From Camelus dromedarius (Eukaryota), in the NCBI RefSeq assembly GCF_036321535.1, contig NC_087472.1, positions 93,870,001 to 93,934,000 of the forward strand: a stretch of DNA of 64,000 nucleotides. The letters run 5' to 3'. The notes beneath the pieces were generated by a model. That model was given only the letters and a program-made list of their open reading frames with translations. It was not told the DNA's origin and ran no database searches. Positions 54,523 through 64,000 of this stretch are shown piece by piece. Each line of letters opens with the position of its first letter. The first letter of the stretch is position 1. The translations under genes and the position numbers were made by a program.

Positions 54523-54999
54523 ATCCTTATCATTTTGATGTAGAGTAAATAGGGATCTCATAAAACATTTCAGGGAGCATTTTTACTGAAATCCTATGTG
54601 TTCCATTGATTGGTGGGTCCACTGGAAACATTACTCAGCTGGCTACCTTTTTAGCTTTACCTTTCTGCTTAGCATCTTGGGTTTTCAGTCTCCTCATTTG
54701 AGGAGGGATGTCATGTGGGAGAAAGGGGTTCTAAATTTGGTTCTCACTCCCTTTGCTAGTCTTTCCCCTGAGATCTACTCTGTACAGTGCTTAATTATTT
54801 GGGTTTGTGGTATCTTCAAACAGATGTCTTATGTTTTCCCATCTTTCAGTTTTTCTCAGCAAATGTTTGGCCTGAAGTGTCTGGTCTGGCATCACTAGAG
54901 GAAGGTATTTTCAAAAACAATATTTTTGAAATATATTATAATATCTATATATGTTGCCTCTTACATCCAATTAATCCAATCTGTATACTAAGAAAATAA

Positions 55000-57900
55000 A
55001 CAATTTTAGTTAAACTTCCTATTTTGACATAATTTTGCCTTCACTTTCAGGTTTAAGAATACAGAGATTCCCTGTGTACATTTTACCTATTCCCACCCAG
55101 TTTTAACATCTTGCAAATATGGTAAAATATCTCAGTCAGGATATTCACATTGATATGGTCAAGATATCATAGATAACATTTCATTCACCCCCAAAATCTC
55201 TTATGTTACACTTATAGGCACAGCATCTCCCCCCTTTCTTCCCATCCCCGAATTCTGGCAACTTTAACCTGTTCTTCACTTCTAAAACTTTTTCAAGATT
55301 GTTATATAAATACAGTCATACTGTACGTGACCTTTGAGATTGGCTTACTTCAGAATGAATAATTTTGTAGCGATTCATCAAAGTTGTATGTATTGGTAGT
55401 TCATTCTTTTTTCTTTCTGTGTAGTAGTTCCTAGTATAGCTGTACCACATTTTGTTCAACTTTGCACTCTTTGAAGACTATCTGGTTGTTGCCAGTTTGG
55501 GGCTAATAATACTGAAACATTTACCACAAACTATTGTGTACAGTTTAACATGTGAGCATAATCTTCATTTCTCTGGAATTAATATCCAAGAGTGCAATTG
55601 CTGTATCACATAGCTCCAAGTTTAGTTTTTTAAGAATCTGCCTGTTTTCCAGAATGACTGTAACATTTTACATTCCCACAAGCAGTATATGAATGAAACA
55701 GTTTGCCTCTATTTTGCCAGCATTTGTTTATTTTACTATTTTTTATTTTAATCATTTTGATATGTGTAATGATAGCTCACTGTGGTTTTAATTTGCATTT
55801 TTCTGATGGCTGTGATGTTGAACATCTTGTCATGTGCTGCTTTTTGCCATCTGTACATGTGCTCTTTGGTAAAATTTGTGTTTGTATCTTTTGCTTATTT
55901 TCAAATTAGATTTTTTATTTTATATTGTTGAGTTTTAACAGATCTTTATATATTCTAGATACTAGTTCTTTACTGGGTATATGGCTTGAAAGTGTTTTAT
56001 CCAAATCTGTAGCTTTATCTGTTCATACTCTACTGAAGGTGAAACTTTTTAATGGCAAAATCTTTAAATACTATGGAGCCTAAAAGATCACATTTTCCCT
56101 TTATGGGTCATGTTTTTAATGTAGAGTCTAAGGACTCTTTCCTTAGCCCTAGACTCGAAGATTTATTCTGGCTGCTTTGGAAAAAAATTATTTACATTTA
56201 AAATCTATCACACATTATGAGTTAATTTTCGTGTAGGTTGTGAGGTTTAAATGGCGACTCATTTTTGCCTTTGGATATCCAATTAATTGCTCTAGCCCAT
56301 TCATTGAAAAGTTTATCCTTTCCTCCACTGAATTTCTTTTCCACCTTTATCAAAAATCAGTTGGTCTTACTGATGTGAGGCTATTTTGGGGGCCCCTTTC
56401 TGTCCCATTGGACTATGTACCTATTCTCCCATCAGTATCACACTGTCATGATTACTGTGGCTATATCGTGTGCCTTGAAATGGGGTAGAGTAGTTTCCCC
56501 CAGTTTATTCTTGTTAACAATAGTTTCTGTTCTACTTCCTTTGTCTTACTGTACATATATATATATATATATATATTAGATATTAATATATCTCTATATG
56601 TTAGAACAATCTTGTCTGTATCTTAAAAAAAAGTTATAATTTAGTTAGGAATATGATTAAATCAATATATCAATTTGGGGAGAATTAAAGTGTTTTACTA
56701 TGTTAAGTCATCTTGCAATCCATGAATGAACATAGTACATTCTCTCCATTTCTTTACATCTTAGATTTATTTAATCAGTCTTTTGTAGTTTTAGCATACA
56801 AGGTCTGTGCATCTTTTGTTTGACTTACACCTAAGCATTTCATTTTTTTTCAGCAATTTAAAATGTTATTGTATTTTTAATTTTAATGTCTACATGTTCA
56901 TTTCTAATGTATAGAGATAAAATTGAATTTTAAGAGTTTATCTTATATCTTACAGACTAGCTGGACTCATTGTTTCTTTCTTTTCTTTTTTTTTTTCTTT
57001 AATGGAGGTACTGGGGATTGAACCTTGGACCTTGTGCATGCAAAGCATGCGCTCTACAATTAAGCTATACTCACACCCCTGAACTCACTATTTCTTGGAG
57101 GGAGATTTTTTTCTGATTTTCTCTGTAGATGTTATGTCTTCTGTAAATAGGGGCAATTTCACATCTTTCTTTTACATGTATGCTTTTTATTTCCTTTTCT
57201 TCCCTTATTGCCCTGGCTAGAACTTCCAACACCATGTTAAGTAAAAGTGGTGAGATACTTGCCTTGTTCCTGATCTTAGAGGAAAATCATTCAGTTTTTC
57301 AGCATTAAGTATAACGTTAGCTGTTAGGTGTTTTGTAGATGCTCTTTATCAAGTTTATGAAGTTTACCTCTATTGCTATTTTTAGGAGAATTTTTTTTCA
57401 TGAAGGAATGTTGAATTTTTATTGAAGAATGTTATGTCTATATTCAGTAGATACTAGTTTGTAGTTCCTTTTTTTGAACTTTTGTGTCTGATTTTGTTAT
57501 CAGGGTAATAATGGTTCCATGAAATAAATTTGAAAGTGTTTCCTTTTATATTTGCTGTTTTTTCTTCTTTCTGTTTTCTATTATACATTTTGAAAGGCTG
57601 TACATTTATTTCAATTGTGACTGATTTAAAAAATTTTTCTCTTTGACCTGTCGATTTTTTACAAGTGTGTATGTGTTTTTGATTTTGTTCTTGTTTTTGC
57701 TAATGTTTGGAGATTTTCCTGTTAGGTTTTAGTTACTAATTTCCAGTTTAATTCCATTTTGGTCAAAGAACACACTCTTATGACTTCAGTTCTTTTAAAT
57801 TTGCTGAGCTTTGTTGTATGCCCCATATTATTGTCATTCGATGTATATTTCACAGGCACTTGAAATAAATTTGTACTCTGCTATTGTTGGGTGCAATATT

Positions 57901-59130
57901 CTATAAATGGCAATTAGATCCTTTTGGTTAATGGTACTGTTGATTTCTTCTATGTCTTTGCTGCATCTGTGTAGTTCTCTCAATTGTTCAGAGTGTGGTG
58001 TTGGAGTATTCAGCTATGATTGTGGATACATCTGTTTTTTGTTTCATTTGTATCAGTTTAGCTTCACCTATTTTGCAGCTCTGAAACTGGTTTCACACAC
58101 ATTTAGGATTGCTGTATCTTCTTGTTCAGTTGACCATTCGTCATTATAGAATGTGCCTCTCTGTCTCTGGCAGATTTCTTTGCACTGAAGTCTACTTTAT
58201 ATGATGTTCATATAACCATTCTTGTGTTCTTTGGACCACTGTTAGCATGATATATCTTTTCCAATTACTGTATTTTCAATCTGCCTGTATTATTGTGTTT
58301 CAAATGAGTTTGTTGTAGACAGAAAACAGTTGTCATATTTTAAAATTCACTTTTCCAGTATTTGTCTTCTGACATGTATATACCATTTTCATTTAATGTT
58401 AATATCAGTGTTAAGATTTCAGTATACCTTCTTATTATCTCTATTTTTGTTTGTTTCCCTTTTTCTGCCTTCCTGTGGGTATTTGAACAATTTTTAGGAT
58501 TCAACTTTTATTTATCTGTAGTGGTTTTGAGTGTATCTCTTTGCATCATTCTTTTTAGCTATTGCTCTGGACATATTATATATATATAAATATAAAAGGT
58601 ACATAATGTACACACACATACACATCTTATCACAGTCTACTGGTATCATTTTCCACTTTAAGTAAAGTGTGAAAACTTACGTCTTTTGCATCCTTTACCC
58701 TCCCTTGTTTATAATATAGTTGTCTTAAAAATTTTTTTTTACACACTTTGAAAACCAGATCAGAGAATATTATAATTTTGCTTCAATCATCCAGCCTAAT
58801 TTAGAAAACTCGAAAGGAGAAGAAAGTCTGTTGTAATCACCCATATATTTTTTTTCTTACCTTAGTCTTTTCTCTTTTATGATGTCCCAAGATTGTTTCT
58901 TTTATCATTCCTTTTTATTTCAAGAACTTCCTTTATGCATTCTCTTAGGATATTTTGCTGGTAACCAGTTCTTTTAGTGTTCCTTCATCTGAGAATGTCT
59001 TGGTTTTCATTTTATTCCTAAAGAATGTTTTTGCTGGATATAGGACTTTGGGCTGCCAGTTATTTTCTTTTAGTATTTGAAAATTTTTTTGTCACTTCTG
59101 TCTCTCCTCTATTGTTTGTGATAAGGAACT
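55000..59130 (-). mobile_element. Long old L1 (3' UTR through ORF2 into ORF1), degraded
   Basis: T-rich antisense L1 motifs throughout; paralogous to 46430-49270 in its first ~2.5 kb. Confidence 0.8.
56978..57078 (-). mobile_element. Camelid-type tRNA-derived SINE
   Basis: Reverse complement ggggtgtgagtatagcttaattgtagagcgcatgctttgcatgcacaaggtccaaggttcaatccccagtacctcca has A- and B-box-like motifs and an A-rich tail; TSD ctggactcattgtttct (56961-56977) / ctgaactcactatttct (57079-57095). Confidence 0.9.
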
Positions 59131-59134
59131 CAGC

Positions 59135-60042
59135 CTCATTTCAGGTGTACAGTTAAGTGATTCAAGTTTTTTTTTTTCAGATTATATTCCATTATAGGTT
59201 ATTACAAAGTATTGAATATAATTTCCTGTGCTATACAGTAAATCCTTGTTGTTTATCTATTTTATGTATAGTAGTTTGTGTCTGTTAAACCCAAGCTCCT
59301 ATAATTTGTTCCTCACTTCCTCCCTCTTCCCTTTGATAACCATAAGTTTGTTTTCTATGTCTGTGAGTCAGTTTTTGTTTTGTATATAGATTCATTTGTA
59401 TCGTTTTTAGATTCCACATACAAGTGACATCATATACTATTTGTCTTTCTGTGTCTGACTTACTTCACTAAGTGTAATATTCCTCAGGTCCATCCATGTT
59501 GCTGCAAATGGCAATATTTCATTTTTATGGCTGAGTAATATTCCATTGTATATATATCACATTTTCTTAAGCCAGTTGTCTGTTGATGGGCACTTAAGTT
59601 GTTTGTGTATCTTGGCTATTGTAAATAGTGCTGCTATAAACATTGAGGTTCATGTATCTTTTCAAAATAGAGTTTTTGTTTTTTCCAGATGCATACCCAA
59701 GAGTAGGATTGCTGCATCATATGGTTGCCCTATTTTTAGTTTTTTAAGGAACTGCCATACTGTTTTCCACAGTGGCTGCACAGTGTAGGAAGGATCCCTT
59801 TTCTCCACACCCTCTTCAGCATTTATTATTTGTAGACTTTTTGATGACAGCCATTCTGACCAGTGTGAGGTGATACTTCATTGTGGCTTTGATTTCCATG
59901 TCTCTAATAATTAGCAATGTTTAGCATCTTTTCATGTGCCTGTTGGCCATGTTTATGTCCTCTTTGGAAAAATGTCTATTTAGGTCTTCTGCCCATTATT
60001 CGATTAGGTTGTTTGTTTTTGATATTGAGTTGTATGAGCTGT
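59135..60042 (-). mobile_element. Younger L1 3' portion inserted into the old L1 / duplication copy 4
   Basis: Similar to 571-1637 (ttccacatacaagtga, ggctattgtaaatagtgctgct, attgagttgtatgagctgtt); host sequence resumes at 'gagaaactgccatcatttaaatc'. Confidence 0.88.
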
Positions 60043-63000
60043 TGAGAAACTGCCATCATTTAAATCATCATTCCCTGGTAGGTAATTTATCTTCATTTCT
60101 TTGAATTTTTTTGGTGGATATACTTTTGTTCAATTCACTAATATACTTTATATTTCATCTAGATGTCCAATATATAGTTTATTAATAAATACTTCAAAAA
60201 AGTAACTAGCTATTTCGTCAATGAGAATTTTTCTATTTATGCAAGAAAATAACTTATTTAATTGAGAAGAGCAAAAAATCAAAAGCAAAAAATCTTCATG
60301 AAAAGCACTAAAATAGAATGAAATCATTTCTTAATAAAATGTATGAAAATAATTGTAGAGATATACAAATTAAGATGATTTAAACATATTCACAAGCAAA
60401 ATGTTAACAAAGTTTGTTATTACAATTTCTAATCTAATGCTTATGTTGACCAGTATGTGACAGTATATGAGAAGAGCCAAAAATCTCTTGATAATGAATG
60501 AGGTTTTTGTATATGTGTATATGTATTTATTTAAATCTATAATAGTTTCAGTGTCCAAATACTTATTAAATAATAAACTGTTTAACAATTGGAATTAGTA
60601 ATTTGCATCCAAACATATAAAGAAAATAAATGTAAGTAAGCTGTTAGTATATTGATATGCTTAATAATGTAAACTTTTATAGTAACAAGATACCCTTTTT
60701 TATCTTGATAGCAGTTTATTGAGGAAGTGTAAAATGGTACTAAGTTTTTAGAATGTAATTTGTCACTTTTAGTTAAATTGTAAATACACAATATTTTGCA
60801 CAGTAGTTTTCCTTCTAGGACTGCATCTGACAAAGCTCCTTACACATGTGCTTTAAAATACAATACAGAAGAAGGCAAAACAATTGCCATTGAATTGTTT
60901 ACTTTAAAGTGGTTTATTTCATATTATATAAATTTCACCTCAATATTATGGAAGTGAGAAAAGGAGGGAGAAAAAAGTAAAACAGCTTTTAAAGAATTAT
61001 TCTGTTCCTGTACTGTTATTACTATACAGCTTTAATACTAACTCATTTAGATATTAAATATTAACAGAATCCATCTCCAAGATTATTGCTAATAAAAAAA
61101 GCAAATTTTAACTTACTTACAGATGTGTACAAATATGTAAATACATGATTCATTTCCATATATGTGTGTATTTATATATACACTTCAGTACCAGTCATTA
61201 TCACTTTTAAAGATATGTATTGGCATTTTTTTTGAAAATTTTAAAATGAACACATGCCATATGTGTATGTAATAAAAGATACAAATTAAATCAAATAGTC
61301 ACTTGATGGCCTATTATTAGTAATTTTTTTGAGAGGTCTATGTTGTCTTTTTTCCTCAGTAGTACAGAATAGCATAAGAAATTAGGCTTATAGACAGATA
61401 CAGAAAAGAATTAAAAGGGAAAAAAATACTATGAAATAGTTAAAAAAAAAAGGCATGTGGAGAAAATAATTTAATTTACGCATGAGCCACTTAAAAGAAG
61501 CTGAATTCTAGTCTGTAAAATCATTAAACTATGGGCCATAAGTAAAATTGAAGAATGCTCTTTTTTATTGTTCCACTTGGATTAAATGTCAAATGTATTG
61601 CAAATTTTATCTTATAGACTGGAGCCTCTTTTACCATGATATCAGAAAAATGTCAAAAATACTCAGAGTTATAATTTTCTAGTTTTATCTGATAAATATA
61701 TAGAAAAAGCCTTAAAACATGACTGTAAGGGCGTTTGTGCTGTGTTTTATGATGTGTATTAAGAATTGATATTCTTAGAGACACTGTTTGTGTTTAACAG
61801 AATGGAATCTAGCAAATTTGCTAAATTCTCTAAGCAATTCCTAATATATTACCTGTAGGTTGCTTTTAGTCTGTAAACATAATGCTCTTGAATAAAGTTG
61901 TTTTTATTTCTTCCTTTCAAATCTTTATACAGTTTTTTTTGCATTATTGCCCTGGCTAGGACTTCTATAAAATGTTGATTAGAACTGATGTTAGTTGAAA
62001 TTCTTTTCTCAGTCCTCATCTCAAGGAAAAATTCTCAGTAATTCAGCACTAATCATGATATTCTTCCATTCTCTGTGTTATTATTTTTAATCATAAGTGA
62101 ATGATGAATTTTGTCAAATCATTTTTCTATCTGTTATAATAAGACATGATTTTGTTTCTCTGTCTTCTTAAAGTTATTTGATTTCTAAATGTTGAATGTA
62201 CAGTAATTCATCATTGACTTAAACCCAAATTGTTCATGCCTTACTATATATTTGATGTATCTTAGGATTCTGTTTGTCAGAAAAAATGTTTTGTTGTTGT
62301 TGTTGTTGTTTGTTATGATAAATATAAACCTAAGATTCTCTTTCCTTAAGATATCCCTGATAGTTTTATGTAAAGTTTATATAGATCCCACAAAACATTT
62401 TGGAGAGTGCTTTTTACTCTTTCTATTCTGTAGAAGAAGTTGTCCAAGACTGCTTTTATTTCTGTCTCAATTATATAGAAAGTTCATTGCTTAGGGCGCC
62501 AGGTGTGAAAATCATTTGTGAGAAGTTTTATTAGACAAAATTTACTTGATTGATATTTCCTACAATTTTTTTTAATATGTGTGGGTTTCTCTTTGAATGT
62601 CATCATTTTGTGTAATTTCAAATGTATTGGAATAAATTTCCTTATAACATTATGTCTTTGTCTTTAGGATCCTTAGTATTATACTCTCTACATTCTTTGT
62701 ATTGATAATATAAGCCTGTTTTTTTTCTTGATCAATCTTCTCATGAGTCTATACTTTTTTTCTTTACCAGTTTACAAAAATCAAAACCAACTTTTGAATT
62801 TGTTGATCTTCTCTTTGTAATTTTGTTCAAAATGTATTTCTGATCTTAATACTGTTTCATTTTTATTATTTTTGCTACTAAATTGCTTGTTCATTTTCTT
62901 GAAGTGAGTCATCAGCTCTTAAGTTTTCCAGATTTCCTCTCTTGCATTTATTTCATGGTTTATAGTTTCTTTTAGACACATAGTTTCATACATCCTACAC

Positions 63001-64000
63001 TTTATAGCAACTTCACTGAGATATATTTGACTTAACCTGTACATTAAAATTCACAATGTAAGTTTTGAAAGTTTGTATAGCTTTGTGAAATCATCTCCAC
63101 GATCAATAAAATATAAATATCCATCCCATGTGTCCAAGTTTCCTTCTACATTTTTATATTTCCTTCCTCTTAGTCCTGCCCAAGACATCTCCCATTTCCT
63201 ATGAAATAAAGATTCCTGTAAATGTCTTTGTATGGATATATAATTTCATTTTTCTTGTATAAGCTTCAAAGAATGGAATGGCTGGATCAGGTGATTGATG
63301 TGTCTTTAAGTTATTTTGGAAAATGTCAAAATGACTTGTAACATGCTTCTACCATTGTACACCCAGCCAGCAGTGTATGAATCTTGCCGTTGCTCTACAT
63401 TCTTGCCAACACTCGCAGTGGCCAGTATTTTTAATTGTAGCTCTTTTAATTATAAGCATGCAGTGATATCGCAGTGTCATTCTAAATGGCATAAGTGTAA
63501 CCAATTTATTGTTCTTTTTTTCCTGAGAATCCTAGTTAGTGGGGATAATAGGTCACAGACCTGATGCCAATTATTTCATTTCTGTTTTGTATATCTGGTT
63601 CTTTTGTATTGCAGGCTGGATTTTCTGTATGAAATACTATGGAGATATTGGAAGTCAGGGAGTTTTTTCTTTTGCTTCTGGGAGGCCATTAGCATGGGGG
63701 AAGCTCGTCTCATAGCAATCAGGGATGGAGAAGTTGGGTCTCAGGTTTTGTCTTTCCAGTTCCTATGGACATTTAGGTAATGGGCCCTTAGAGATGTCAG
63801 ATGAACCCTGGGTTGCTTCCTAAAGCCTCTCCTCCTTGGTGCATCCTCACGTCCAACTTGCTTCTCCTGGGTTGGTGAGACTGCTGGAAGCCCTGGTCAG
63901 TTGCTTAGCTTCTCAGCTCCAACTTTCTGCTCAACGTCTTGGCTTCTCAGTCACCTCCTGTGAATCAGCAAAAGCCTGGAGGGAAAAGGGGTACTAAATT

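Larger units (their letters stand above)
41340..64000 (+). repeat. Ancient diverged tandem/segmental duplication, about 4 partial copies (starts near 41.35, 45.3, 52.55 and 59.0-60.05 kb), running off the window end
   Basis: Collinear shared anchors: tagctattttgtcaat-like at 41625, 45692, 52893, 60207; g(g)attaa..gtcaagtgtat-like at 43060, 51621, 53531, 61579; aagccctggtcag.tgctt at ~44980 and ~63888. Confidence 0.85.

Noticed and set aside
56978..57078. Functional tRNA-Ala gene
   Set aside because: A-rich tail, TSD and a poorly pairing acceptor stem identify it as a tRNA-derived SINE.
590..60042. Similarity among 590-1630, 33340-33946 and 59135-60042 as segmental duplication
   Set aside because: These are independent L1 insertions with different flanks; the first two have their own TSDs.
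42780..61340. C/D-box snoRNA or miRNA array as cargo of the duplication
   Set aside because: TGATGA-like words near 42816 and 51378 are not conserved across all copies, and I saw no consistent D box, terminal stem or hairpin.
1..64000. CRISPR array, operon or prokaryotic defence system
   Set aside because: Mammalian repeat-rich DNA; no regularly spaced repeats and no dense coding regions.

Overview
AT-rich, repeat-dense mammalian DNA, most likely a camelid (alpaca/llama/camel), judged from a camelid-type tRNA-derived SINE and camelid-type young L1 3' tails. I can find no intact, recognisable protein-coding gene; almost all ORFs in the track lie in transposon remnants or low-complexity DNA. 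The one securely identified gene-derived feature is an intronless, old PTP4A1 (PRL-1) retrocopy (~17.27-19.2 kb; CDS-equivalent 17634-18119) with three nonsense codons but no frameshift. The rest is L1 of several ages, L2, MIR, MaLR/ERV LTRs and MER5/MER58 DNA transposons, often nested, several with visible target-site duplications (TSDs). Most interesting: (1) the retrocopy looks like a formerly functional retrogene; (2) a 5' half of tRNA-Gly(TCC) inserted as a tailless retrocopy inside a solo LTR; (3) an ancient, about 4-copy patchwork tandem duplication from ~41.3 kb to the window end; (4) weak, unidentified + strand exon-like segments. I see no well-supported novel multi-gene system. Repeat subfamily names come from recalled consensus sequences and need RepeatMasker/Dfam confirmation; boundaries without TSDs are approximate.
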